DNA of 39,323 nucleotides from an uncultured Armatimonadaceae bacterium (GCA_964252165.1 CAXUMS010000014.1:1-39323), one strand, 5' to 3'; positions 19,248 through 28,919 are shown, counted from the first letter of the stretch. The notes: generated by a model not told the origin, from the letters alone. Translations and numbers: made by a program.

Positions 19248-22200
19248 CTATCCCTCGGCCCCGGCGGGACGGGCGGTCCCGGCGGGGCTGATGAGGGCGA
19301 CAATTTCGGGGTTCGGGTTTTTGATACGCGCAAGGTACGTGGTGCGCGGGCGCGTGTTGAGTTCGGTCAGGACGCCGTAGTCGTGCGGCTGGTTTTTCAG
19401 CTGGGTGACGCGCGCGTTCGGATCGTTCAGGTCACCGAAGATGATGGCGTTGGTCGGACAAGCCTGCTGGCAGGCCATCACGATCTCGCCATCCGCGATC
19501 TCGCGCGCTTCCTTCTTGGATTCGATACGCTTGGCGCTGATGCGCTGAACGCAGTACGTACATTTTTCCATCACGCCGCGTCCGCGAACGGTCACCTCGG
19601 GGTTCGGAAGCATCTTCAAAACCGGCAGGTTGAAGAAGTCTAGGGTGCGCGGGCCGCCCTTGCCTTCGGTCCACTTCAGGAAGTTGTACCGGCGCACCTT
19701 GTACGGGCAGTTGTTCGAGCAGTAGCGCGTCCCGACGCACCGGTTGTACACCATCTGGTTCAAGCCTTCGTGCGAGTGAACCGTGGCTGCGACCGGGCAA
19801 ACCGGCTCGCACGGCGCTTTTTCGCAGTGCATGCACGGGACGGGCATGAAGTGCGACTCCACCGTATTTGCGTTATCGGTTTCATCGGTTTCGTAGTAAT
19901 GGTCAATGCGAATCCAGTGCATTTCCCGTCCACGCCCGACCTGATCCTTGCCCACGGTGGGAATATTGTTCTCGGCCTGACACGCGATTGTGCATGCGTT
20001 GCACCCGATACACGTGGTCAGGTCTATGTTCATCGCCCAAGCATTGAAGTTTCTGCCCGAAAACTCCGGGTACAAAGAAGGGTAACCTTCTTTGTTCGTG
20101 TACGATTTACGAGAGCCGTCCTCGTCCACATAGTCCCACTGCTTGCGGCCTTCAAATCCGGGAATAGACAAGCCGTGGTCTGCGGAAATGGTTTCGCCGT
20201 CGGCGGGACGGGCAAGCCCTTCTCCGCCGGGCGCTTCCGCGTTCCGCTCGGTTTCCGCCCCGCCCGGCGTTCCCGCTTCAGGCTTCACGATTTCCTCACG
20301 CGCGCCGTGGGCGGCATCGCCGCCATCGCTCAGACCGCCATGCGCCGCTTCTTCCCCGCCGCCGCCCGCGAAATACTCTTCAAACTCGTGTTGCGGCCCG
20401 ACACGGCCCGCCTTTTCTTTGTACTCGGCGATACCGGCGAACCGAACCACATCGCGGTTCGTGGTTTCGGCTTCGCCCTTCATCGCATGGTGCGCCTGCG
20501 TGGACGAAATCGGATAATCGCCCGCCTCGACATTGATTGCGACGGTCGCGCCCGCGCCGGAGAGCATGTTCCCCGCCGTCCGCAGGGCGTACGCATTGAA
20601 GAAACCGTCGAAGCCGTCTTCCGTATTGCCGACACGACCCGCACGGGTGCGTCCGCTACCCAGGAAGACGGTCACGGTTTCATCGGGCTGACCGGGCAAG
20701 ATCCAAATGGGCATACTCTGCTTGCGGCCCCGGTACGTCACCGTGACAATTTTCTTGCCGCTGGTTTGCCCCAGGTTGTCCGCGTCGCTTTTGCCATGAT
20801 CCGGCACGATGTTCAGTTTTTTCGCCGTGGCGGGCGACACGATGGCGAGCGTGTCCCAGACCACGGTCGTGATCGGCTTCGGCAACTCCTGTAGCCACGA
20901 GTTGTTGGCGTAGCGACCGTCCCACAATGTCGGGTCCGGCGCGAAGCGAATTTCCAAACCCTGCGCCCGCGCGGGTTCCGGCAACCCGGCGACCGCCCCC
21001 GCCCCAACGGTCGCGGCGACCGGCGCAAAGGCGGTGTTCGGGATAACGCCGTTGTGCAAAACGGTTTCCCACCACTTCTCGAAGTTCGTCCCGCCTTTGT
21101 ACTCGCGTTGCCACGTTCCCTTGACGATATCGTAGCCGGGTTGCGGGTTGTCCATGAGTTCCGACACGATCTCGTGCGCGGACCGGCCCTCGTAAAGCGG
21201 GTTGATGAGCGGCTGAACAATCGAGGCCGTGCCGTCGAACGCGCGCGCGTCGCTCCACGCTTCCAGCGGATGCGCTTCCGGGATATGCCAGTCGCAGTAT
21301 TCCGATGTTTCATCCTCGTACTGCGCCAAACGAATGCGGGTTTGCACGTTCTTGGCGACGCCATTCGCGAACGCGTCCTTAAGGTCGGCGGGGATGTTGT
21401 AGATCGGGTTGCCGCCCATCATAACGAGCGTGCGAACGCGGCCTGCAGTAAGGTCGCCGACCAGGCGCGCGAGAGCCGCCCCTTGCGAGTTCGCCCCGTT
21501 CGCTTCGACCGGCGCGGTGTAAACTACCTGCGCGCCGACCGCGCCGAGCGTTTCGTTCATCGCGTGGGCGAGGGCGTGGATCGCGGGCGACTGCTCATCG
21601 CCGGGAATGACGACGGCGGCCCCGCGATTGGCCTGCAAGTCCTTGACAATCGCATCTAAAACGCCGCTTGCGAGCGGGCCGGTTGCGTCGCCGCCCGCCC
21701 CTCCGGTCAGGCGCGCGTGCAGTTGCCGCGCGATTGTTTCCACCTCGGACGGCTTGACCGCAAAACGGTTGTCCGCCGACGCGCCCGTGATCGAGTACTG
21801 GGACTCCACCACGTACAAACGGTTCATCGTAATATTGTTCTTGCGAACGCGCCGGTTGTCCGACCAGTCGCGCGCCATACGAACGTTACCCGGCATCGCC
21901 TTCATAAAGTCGGCGTCGAGCGACAAGATAACCCGCGCGCCCTTCAAGCGATAAACGGGATGCAGAACCCGCCCGAACGCAAGCCGCGCGCCCTCGTGGA
22001 CATTGTCGCGGTTGATCGGGTCGTACTGGATCCAGCGCGCATTCGGGTAGCGCGCAAGGAGAGCGGTCATCTGGGAGGCGAGCGTGGGCGACGTGATGGT
22101 TTCCGTCAGGATTCGCAGGCCCGCGCCGCCATCGCGCGCTTCAACCCGAAGCGCGGTGCGGAGCGCGTCCACGAATGTATCCCAGGATGAAATCTCGCCC

Positions 22201-22721
22201 CGATTGGTCACACTTTGCGAGCGATCCGGGTCGTACAGGTTGAGGAGTTCCGCCTGCTCGAAAACATCGGTCGCGCCGAGCGAGGCCGGATGGAGCGGGT
22301 TGCCCTCGATCTTGATAGGCCGCCCTTCGCGCGATTCGACCAGAACGCCCACGCCGTAGCCGCCGCGCAGAAGAGTGGACGCATACGCCATAGACTTGCC
22401 CGGGATCAACTCTTCGGGCGCACGGACATACGGAACCGCTTTGGTCTGGGGCAGGATACGGCAACCGGACAAACCCGCGAGCGCAAGGGCCGATGCGCCG
22501 AGCGTCAGGAACTTACGTCGGTCCATGTTGAGAAGCGAGGCGCGGTTCGGAAATTCATCGTCCACCCAGGCGGTGAACTCGGGCGTTTCGGCCAGTTCCT
22601 CGTACGACTTCCACACGCGCCGGTTTCTACGTCCGTCCGCGAGTTTCGCCTCGAACGCGGCGGGAACGACCCGCACAGCGGCGTTCTGGTCGGCTTCGAT
22701 AGGTTGCATCTGGTCTTGCAT
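19248..22721 (-). CDS. actB: alternative complex III subunit ActB (molybdopterin-oxidoreductase-like domain fused to 4Fe-4S ferredoxin domain)
   Basis: 1157 aa. Tat signal RRKFLTLGASALALAGLSGC. Large MoCo-oxidoreductase-like region. C-terminal Cys clusters CIGCNACTIACQAEN, CMHCEKAPCEPVCP, CVGTRYCSNNCP. Gly/Glu-rich linker insertion. Confidence 0.85.
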   Translation of the reverse strand: MQDQMQPIEADQNAAVRVVPAAFEAKLADGRRNRRVWKSYEELAETPEFTAWVDDEFPNRASLLNMDRRKFLTLGASALALAGLSGCRILPQTKAVPYVRAPEELIPGKSMAYASTLLRGGYGVGVLVESREGRPIKIEGNPLHPASLGATDVFEQAELLNLYDPDRSQSVTNRGEISSWDTFVDALRTALRVEARDGGAGLRILTETITSPTLASQMTALLARYPNARWIQYDPINRDNVHEGARLAFGRVLHPVYRLKGARVILSLDADFMKAMPGNVRMARDWSDNRRVRKNNITMNRLYVVESQYSITGASADNRFAVKPSEVETIARQLHARLTGGAGGDATGPLASGVLDAIVKDLQANRGAAVVIPGDEQSPAIHALAHAMNETLGAVGAQVVYTAPVEANGANSQGAALARLVGDLTAGRVRTLVMMGGNPIYNIPADLKDAFANGVAKNVQTRIRLAQYEDETSEYCDWHIPEAHPLEAWSDARAFDGTASIVQPLINPLYEGRSAHEIVSELMDNPQPGYDIVKGTWQREYKGGTNFEKWWETVLHNGVIPNTAFAPVAATVGAGAVAGLPEPARAQGLEIRFAPDPTLWDGRYANNSWLQELPKPITTVVWDTLAIVSPATAKKLNIVPDHGKSDADNLGQTSGKKIVTVTYRGRKQSMPIWILPGQPDETVTVFLGSGRTRAGRVGNTEDGFDGFFNAYALRTAGNMLSGAGATVAINVEAGDYPISSTQAHHAMKGEAETTNRDVVRFAGIAEYKEKAGRVGPQHEFEEYFAGGGGEEAAHGGLSDGGDAAHGAREEIVKPEAGTPGGAETERNAEAPGGEGLARPADGETISADHGLSIPGFEGRKQWDYVDEDGSRKSYTNKEGYPSLYPEFSGRNFNAWAMNIDLTTCIGCNACTIACQAENNIPTVGKDQVGRGREMHWIRIDHYYETDETDNANTVESHFMPVPCMHCEKAPCEPVCPVAATVHSHEGLNQMVYNRCVGTRYCSNNCPYKVRRYNFLKWTEGKGGPRTLDFFNLPVLKMLPNPEVTVRGRGVMEKCTYCVQRISAKRIESKKEAREIADGEIVMACQQACPTNAIIFGDLNDPNARVTQLKNQPHDYGVLTELNTRPRTTYLARIKNPNPEIVALISPAGTARPAGAEG

Positions 22722-22796
22722 AATAAACGGTCAAATCACGGAAAAGTGCAGTCACGGAAAAGCGGGCTGAGGCCGCGCGCTACGCGCAAACGTTAT

Positions 22797-23516
22797 TTAT
22801 CGGTGGCAAATTGAGCAGTCAGTCAACTGTTGCGTCTTGATGTGATATTCCTCGACCAACTTGCGGCCCGCCACAAGTTCCGTCGGGGTGCGCTGATACT
22901 GAACGCCGCGCCGAAGCGATTCTTCTTCGGGCGACAGGGCCGCGCCCTGCTGAATTTTGTAATACAGGTTCCATACCTGCTCGGTCGGGGCCACATAGTT
23001 TTCCGGGTGGCGGTGGCATTCCAGGCACCAGCGCATCTGAAACGGTTGCCCCTTGTACACAATCTGCATGGCCTGAATGGGTCCGTGGCAGTTGTTGCAC
23101 GAAATACCGCGCTTGATATGGATGCTGTGGTTAAAGTACACGTAGTCCGGAAGTTTGTTCAGCACGGTCCACTTGATGGGAACGTTCTTGACATACGACT
23201 CGCGAATCGGCTCCAGCAATGGGCTGTTTGTCCAGATCTGCGAGTGGCACGACATACACGTGTGCGTCGCCGGGTAGCCCGCATTGCCGCTTTTCTCCAC
23301 GCCGACGTGACAATAGCGGCAGTCAATGCCGAGTTCGTTCACGTGGTGTTCGTGGCTGAACGGTACGGGTTGCTCGTACGGAACGCCCACTTTGGTCACG
23401 TACGGCGAGCGCGTGAACTGAGACAACCCGACCATCAGGCCGAGCGGCGCGACCGCACCGAGAAAAATACTGATCTTAGCGAGCGTGTTGGCGCCGGGTC
23501 GAAATACGTTAGCCAT
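22797..23516 (-). CDS. actA: alternative complex III subunit ActA (pentaheme cytochrome c)
   Basis: 239 aa with an N-terminal TM or signal. Five CXXCH sites: CRYCH, CMSCH, CNNCH, CLECH, CSICH. Confidence 0.85.
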   Translation of the reverse strand: MANVFRPGANTLAKISIFLGAVAPLGLMVGLSQFTRSPYVTKVGVPYEQPVPFSHEHHVNELGIDCRYCHVGVEKSGNAGYPATHTCMSCHSQIWTNSPLLEPIRESYVKNVPIKWTVLNKLPDYVYFNHSIHIKRGISCNNCHGPIQAMQIVYKGQPFQMRWCLECHRHPENYVAPTEQVWNLYYKIQQGAALSPEEESLRRGVQYQRTPTELVAGRKLVEEYHIKTQQLTDCSICHR

Positions 23517-23702
23517 AAAATCCGGTGGTCTAAATCTGTGAGTTGCAGGCGCACGCGCGGTAAACGCGTTCCTGACGTTGCTTATCTTTGCGCGAAAAAA
23601 CGCGGGGAACCGGCGAAACGCGCCGTTTCGGGCGGGTTGGCCCCAACTCCCCTATTTGTACACTATTTCACGAACTTTGTAAAGCGCCTTATCAGAGCGC
23701 TT

Positions 23703-25823
23703 TCACAATCCAATCGGCGCGGGCGGGCCGCTTACGACCACGCTTTTGCGAGCGCGGCGAACCACGTACCAGATGACGCCGATAGCAACGGCGGCAAGCG
23801 TCCCCTGCCAACCGACCGATGCGCTGTCAAACGCCATCGCGAGAAACAAGAGCAAAAGGTACAGCATTGAGTACAAAAACATCGAGCGGGCGTGGGCGTG
23901 GTCGATACGAACGTACAGCGAACCTGCGTAACCGAGCCACACGACATTCAGCAGAGCGGCGACCGCAACATAGTACCAGCCTACCAGTCCTTGCGCGAGC
24001 GGCATCAGCGACACCACGGCGGTTAAGATGGAATAAAGGCCGATTTGCAAGACCGTTACGCGCTCGCCCAAAACGCACGGTAGCATCGGGACGCCTACCT
24101 CGGCGTACTCGTCCTTAATCAAAAGCGACAACGCCCAGAAATGGGCGGGCGTCCACGCAAAAATAATCGCGAACAGGTACCACGCGAGCGGGCTTAGCCC
24201 GCCCGTGACAGCGGCCCAACCCACGAGCGGAGGGAACGCCCCCGCCGCGCCGCCGATCACAATGTTGTGCCATGTCCGCCGCTTCAACAAAAGCGTGTAC
24301 ACGATCACATAGAAAACCAGACCGGCAAGCGACAGCATCGCCGTCAGCAAGTTCGCCGCGACCCACAGCAGGGCGAACGAGCCGAACGCAAGCGCGAAGC
24401 CGAAGAAAAGCGCGCTCCGTGACGGGATTTTGCGCGTCACAGTCGGACGCTCGGCGGTTCGCTTCATGCGACCGTCAATATCACGATCAATCACCATGTT
24501 AATGGCGTTCGCCGCGCCCGCCGACATATACCCGCCCAGCGCAACCGCGAGAAGCAAACCGTGACCGAACGCGCCGCCGCGGGGCCAACCGCCTGCGGCG
24601 ATAAACATCGCGGCGAGCGTGGTGAACAAAAGAAGACTGATAACGCGCGGCTTGGTAAGAAGCACGTAGTCGCGCCATGTCGGACGACCCAAAAACGGCG
24701 TATCCGGCTCCATCGCGCCGGTGGGAGAGCCGTTCGCCCAGACCGGGATCGGCGCGATCTCCGTGTGTTGCACGCCCTGAGCCAGCGCGCCGAGCGCGAG
24801 GAACGTGTACGCAACCCACACGATGTCCGCCATCAGAAGGTGGACAATCTGCATCCACACCGGAGCCTTCAAAAACACGTTCAGCAAACCGACGCCGATC
24901 TGTGCGAAGAACAGGAGGGCGACGCCCTGCGCGGCCCGCTTCGTCACCGGCGACGGGCGCAGATGCGCCATCAGGCCCGCGATCAAAATCGTGTACAAGC
25001 CGACCGAACCCGCGATATACGGGTGAAGCAGGCGCAGTTTAACCAAAAAGTGCGCGCCGGGCGCAAGACTCGCGCGCACGGCCTCGTTGTGCGACGCGAC
25101 CGGGAACAGCGTATCGCCGAGCGCGGTCACGGCCCCGGACGCGCCAAGCGCGATCATGGCGACAAAGCCAAGCAAAAGTGCGCCGCCCGCCGTTCCCTGC
25201 CCCGCCAAACGAAGCCGCGACCCGAGCGCGCCGTTGTTGTCGCTTTGAACGTCGCGCCGCGAGTGCGCGAACCAGACCGCAAACGCGAGCGCGGTTAAAA
25301 GCAGAAACGTGTTGGTCAGGTGGAGCGCCATCCAGACCGCGCGCTCCGGCGTCGCGTTATCAGCCACCAATCGCTGTTTGACCAGATATGCGCCCAGCCA
25401 CGCCTCGACGCCGGTGAAAAACACGGTCGCGAGAGCGGCGGCGCGCATCGGATGCTTGCGCGGGAAAAGAACAAACGCCCCGGCGAGAAGGGCTAGCACG
25501 AGCGGACCATCTAAGCCGCTGAAAACCCGGTGCGTGTACTCGATAACCCGCTGAACCGATGGCGATGTCGGAATGATCTCGCCGTCGCACAGCGGCCAGT
25601 GACTTCCGCACCCGTCGCCGGACCCGCTCGCCCGCACCAGCGCGCCAATCGCGATAACCAGAAAGTTGAACAAAAGCAAGCCGCCCGCGAAACGCCGGAA
25701 AACGCCCAGAAGAGCGCTGATCCGAGGCTCCGAAAGAAGCGGGCCGCTATGGGAAGTATCGCGGGAAAAGGCTTTCATAGGGGGATAGGCGGCGGCTTGG
25801 GCGTTGCTGCGGAAGAAGCGCAA
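23703..25823 (-). CDS. ctaA-ctaB: fused heme A synthase (CtaA/COX15) and protoheme IX farnesyltransferase (CtaB/CyoE)
   Basis: 706 aa. N-terminal half has the CtaA motif [11 protein letters not shown] and multiple TM His. C-terminal half is UbiA-type with [19 protein letters not shown]. Confidence 0.8.
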   Translation of the reverse strand: MRFFRSNAQAAAYPPMKAFSRDTSHSGPLLSEPRISALLGVFRRFAGGLLLFNFLVIAIGALVRASGSGDGCGSHWPLCDGEIIPTSPSVQRVIEYTHRVFSGLDGPLVLALLAGAFVLFPRKHPMRAAALATVFFTGVEAWLGAYLVKQRLVADNATPERAVWMALHLTNTFLLLTALAFAVWFAHSRRDVQSDNNGALGSRLRLAGQGTAGGALLLGFVAMIALGASGAVTALGDTLFPVASHNEAVRASLAPGAHFLVKLRLLHPYIAGSVGLYTILIAGLMAHLRPSPVTKRAAQGVALLFFAQIGVGLLNVFLKAPVWMQIVHLLMADIVWVAYTFLALGALAQGVQHTEIAPIPVWANGSPTGAMEPDTPFLGRPTWRDYVLLTKPRVISLLLFTTLAAMFIAAGGWPRGGAFGHGLLLAVALGGYMSAGAANAINMVIDRDIDGRMKRTAERPTVTRKIPSRSALFFGFALAFGSFALLWVAANLLTAMLSLAGLVFYVIVYTLLLKRRTWHNIVIGGAAGAFPPLVGWAAVTGGLSPLAWYLFAIIFAWTPAHFWALSLLIKDEYAEVGVPMLPCVLGERVTVLQIGLYSILTAVVSLMPLAQGLVGWYYVAVAALLNVVWLGYAGSLYVRIDHAHARSMFLYSMLYLLLLFLAMAFDSASVGWQGTLAAVAIGVIWYVVRRARKSVVVSGPPAPIGL

Positions 25824-25948
25824 ACCGTTCTATGAAAATGATACAGTATCGCCCCCGCAAATACACCCCCGGCAGGGTTTGACTTCGTGAAATACATCAC
25901 AATATTTCGTGCGTTAAATATAAGCGCGACGCATTTACAATACGCCCT

Positions 25949-26719
25949 TTACAACCGGCGCGAATCCTGATGGGCGGGCAGATCGGATACAACAACGGCT
26001 CCCTTGTCGGCAACCTGGTAAACACGACGGGCGGGAAGCTCAAGGGCGGTCAGCGCGCCGCCGAAAACCGCGCCGGTATCGAGACCGATCTTATCGGGCA
26101 GGGCGCGGACGCGCGCGAGCGGCGTGTGACCGTGGACCACGACCCGGCCCGATGTGTCATCGGCGAACAGGAACTCGCTCCTCACCCAGAGAAGCATGTC
26201 ACCGCTCGCGTTTTCCGGCTCGACGCCGGGCAGAATTCCGGCGTGAACAAAAATGTAGCGCGCCAAATCGGGGAACGTAGCAGGGTCGGGCCGGTAGAAC
26301 GTGCGAAGAAGCGAAAACAGTCGCGCGAGTTCGTCCGGGCAGGACGCGGCGAAAACGGTGGGTTTCGTAATTCCCCACGACTCCATCGCCTGTAAGCCGC
26401 CATTACGAAACCAATCGTAGGAGTCGTACTCGATATTCGACGGGGCGGGAAAGTGGAAATAACCCGCCGCCATATCTTCATGATTGCCCCACAACAGAAC
26501 GGTTCGGTCCGGGGCTGCATCATGTTCGGCTAAAACTCGCTGAACGACGCCCCGGCTGTCCGGCCCGCGATCTATGTAATCGCCCAGGAAAACCGTGACA
26601 TCGCGCGGGCCGCGCGGCAGGGCGTCGAGAAGAGCGGAAAGTTTGGCGTTTTCGCCGTGAATGTCGCCGATCGCCCACAGGGACGGCGCATCGGTGTCGG
26701 TGTTTGATATTGAAGTCAT
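25949..26719 (-). CDS. PPP-family metallophosphoesterase (Ser/Thr phosphatase / ApaH-like)
   Basis: GDIHG, GDYIDRG and GNHE motifs. Start placed at ATG 26717-26719 (MTSIS...). The longer track ORF to 26914 adds an implausible leader and overlaps the divergent gene. Confidence 0.7.
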   Translation of the reverse strand: MTSISNTDTDAPSLWAIGDIHGENAKLSALLDALPRGPRDVTVFLGDYIDRGPDSRGVVQRVLAEHDAAPDRTVLLWGNHEDMAAGYFHFPAPSNIEYDSYDWFRNGGLQAMESWGITKPTVFAASCPDELARLFSLLRTFYRPDPATFPDLARYIFVHAGILPGVEPENASGDMLLWVRSEFLFADDTSGRVVVHGHTPLARVRALPDKIGLDTGAVFGGALTALELPARRVYQVADKGAVVVSDLPAHQDSRRL

Positions 26720-26900
26720 TAGGTCGTGCTGGAAGTCTAAGCGGGTTGAACCGCCGCTCCTATCGGACTTATCGGCTTTCGCTGAGCCGAGCGAAAGGGC
26801 GTCCGCAAACAGGTATACTTCACCCGTTTCGTAAGTGACGTAGCGGTAACGCGGTAACGCAGTTTCGGAATAACGTGATTCGCGAAAGGAACAATACCCG

Positions 26901-27950
26901 ATGTTGATGTTCAATTCCCGCCCCTGCGGCGCGGCGGCGGTTCTGCTTGGTCTCGCGGGCGTTTGTTTCGCCCCGTCGCCCGCCGCCCACGCCCGGCAAA
27001 CAAGCGGCGCGCCTGGCGCATCCGCCCCCGCGCCAAAGGTGACGATGAACCTGCGCGACGTGGAGATGCGTCAGGCGCTGGAAAATCTTTTCGGTCAAGC
27101 GCGCGCCCAATACCCGATTGACCCGTCCGTGACAGGCTATGTCAGTCTCAGCATGAAAGACCAGCCGTTGACCGACGCGTTGCAAACGCTCCTGCGCGCC
27201 TCGGCGACGCCGCTGACCTACACGGTTGAAAACGGCATGTATCTGGTTCGCGCCGCGAAAATGACGCCGCTACCATCCGGCCCCGTCATCGCCGCCTCCG
27301 CCCGGCGAAGGGGAAGCATAGAATGGCGGGGAGAGACGAACCCTTCCATTTCGATGAACTTGAACGACACCAACGTTCGCACCGTTTTGCAGGACTTGTT
27401 CAAATCCGCCCGCGCCCAGTATTCGATTTCGCCCGATGTAACGGGCAAAGTCACGCTCACGATAGCGGGTCAAACCTTCGAGAACGCGTTGCGGCTGGTT
27501 CTGCGCTCGGCGTCCGCCCCGCTGACATATACGGTCGAAAACGGCGTTTATATCGTGAAGCCGCGCCCTGACGCCGAAGAAAACACGCCGGAAGCGATAA
27601 AGGCCTACGCCCGCGCGATGCAGAAGCTCAGCGCCGCGTTTCCCGCCGAAAACGACCGCGATGTGTCCGGGCCGTTCGAGGTCGAGGTAAACAAGGATAA
27701 AACCGTGAACGTCACCGGAACCGGCCCGATTCGCGACTTATTACGACAACTCATGTCCGCGACAAACGCCGACGCGGGCTACTTTGTCGCGCCGGACATT
27801 ACCGGCGACACCACGGTTCTGCTTCGCAAACTTCCCGTGGCGCAGGCGCTGAAATTGACGCTTCAAAACGTCAGCCCGCGCGTTACGTACGCCAAAGAAA
27901 ACGGCGTTTACGTTTTCCATGCCGAAGGCGACAAAAATAAGACCAAATAA
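26901..27950 (+). CDS. secreted protein composed of three tandem STN/secretin-N-like domains
   Basis: Signal peptide. Three ~90-aa repeats with pattern V(E/R)...L..LF..A...Y.I.P.VTG.V(S/T)L......L..AL...L.....TY.VENG.Y(L/I)V. No beta-barrel or TonB-receptor domain follows. Confidence 0.6.
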   Translation: MLMFNSRPCGAAAVLLGLAGVCFAPSPAAHARQTSGAPGASAPAPKVTMNLRDVEMRQALENLFGQARAQYPIDPSVTGYVSLSMKDQPLTDALQTLLRASATPLTYTVENGMYLVRAAKMTPLPSGPVIAASARRRGSIEWRGETNPSISMNLNDTNVRTVLQDLFKSARAQYSISPDVTGKVTLTIAGQTFENALRLVLRSASAPLTYTVENGVYIVKPRPDAEENTPEAIKAYARAMQKLSAAFPAENDRDVSGPFEVEVNKDKTVNVTGTGPIRDLLRQLMSATNADAGYFVAPDITGDTTVLLRKLPVAQALKLTLQNVSPRVTYAKENGVYVFHAEGDKNKTK

Positions 27951-27982
27951 ACGCCGGGGCGTTTGCAACGGCGCGGCGGATT

Positions 27983-28723
27983 CTATGCCGCCGCGCCGTC
28001 AACTATGCTGGTCAGCGATAGCAACGCCGCCCCGCTTGCCGGATCATCCTGCAAAGCGGCGATGCGCCGAACCGCATCCGCAACCGCATCGGGATACGCC
28101 GCCCCGATGATCTGTAACGCTTCGCGGAAAAACGCCTGATGCGCTTCCTCATCGGCCAAGATGCGGTCGCAAATCGCCGCAAGCGCGCCATCGTTCTCGG
28201 CCTGCGCGAGCGTTTTGAGAGCGGCGAAGCGCGCGATCTCGTTCGCTTCCCACGCCAGACTATCCGCGAGAACCGCAAGCGGATCATCGAGTTCGGGCCG
28301 CCATGCGTATGCGGCGAGAATGGTTTCGGTCAAGTCGCGCATTTCGGCGTCGGTTCGCACGCCCGCGCGCGTCAGCCATTCCGACAGCGCAATCAGATGC
28401 TTGCCTTCCTCGTACGCCCATCGGGTTAAAAACCAGCCGCGTCCCCGGCTCGACCGCAGAATATGAAGGGCTTTGGCGGAATAGTCGGGCAAAAACACAT
28501 CTTCGCGGTACGACGCGAGGGCCGCTTCCGCCAATGCCTCGCTCGGAGTTGTCGTCGCCAAATCCCACGGCGTATCGTCCCACAGGTTCCAGCGTCGCTC
28601 GGTTTCAGCCTTCTGGAAGTACGTGCGGTATAGACGATACAACTCGCCCTCGGTGCGCGGGTCGAGCATCGCCCGCGCCGACGGGTTTTCAATCTGAGCG
28701 GTTTCGCTCGTTTCACTTGTCAT
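27983..28723 (-). CDS. ferritin-like diiron protein, short acyl-ACP desaturase-like
   Basis: 246 aa. WNLWDDTPW resembles the desaturase WNPHDYIPW block. Two EExxH-type motifs: WAYEEGKHLIALSEWL and ILADEEAHQAFF. Confidence 0.45.
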   Translation of the reverse strand: MTSETSETAQIENPSARAMLDPRTEGELYRLYRTYFQKAETERRWNLWDDTPWDLATTTPSEALAEAALASYREDVFLPDYSAKALHILRSSRGRGWFLTRWAYEEGKHLIALSEWLTRAGVRTDAEMRDLTETILAAYAWRPELDDPLAVLADSLAWEANEIARFAALKTLAQAENDGALAAICDRILADEEAHQAFFREALQIIGAAYPDAVADAVRRIAALQDDPASGAALLSLTSIVDGAAA

Positions 28724-28919
28724 AAAAAATGTCCCAAACGCGCCGGTCCCGCGCGATCACGCAAAGCGCAACCGCGCCGCTATTCACGCGTCCAAAACAG
28801 TATAGCGCTTCGCCGCCGCGCGGGGCTTCGCCTTCGCACCCTATTTACACGAATAAAACCAATCAAGGCTTTATCTTCGCTTTATCTTCGCGGCGCGGCA
28901 GGGTACGCTATAAACCATT

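Noticed and set aside
23676-23708. The palindrome at the ctaAB stop as a classic Rho-independent terminator
   Set aside because: The stem is short and AT-containing with no downstream U-run on the minus-strand transcript. It is kept only as a possible operator or attenuator in the regulatory-motif finding.
19770-23870. Long plus-strand ORFs 19770..20894, 21054..21659, 22215..22814 and 22830..23870
   Set aside because: All are antisense to actB or actA and Arg-rich, making them GC-skew artefacts.
24561-25298. ORF 24561..25298(+) 245 aa antisense to the ctaA-ctaB fusion
   Set aside because: Arg/Glu/Asp-rich with no motifs. The opposite strand carries clear CtaA and CtaB signatures.
26720-26914. 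Longer start (26914) for the metallophosphatase ORF
   Set aside because: It would overlap the divergent STN-protein gene start (26901) and add 65 residues without similarity. The internal ATG at 26719 precedes the GDIHG motif by a normal distance.
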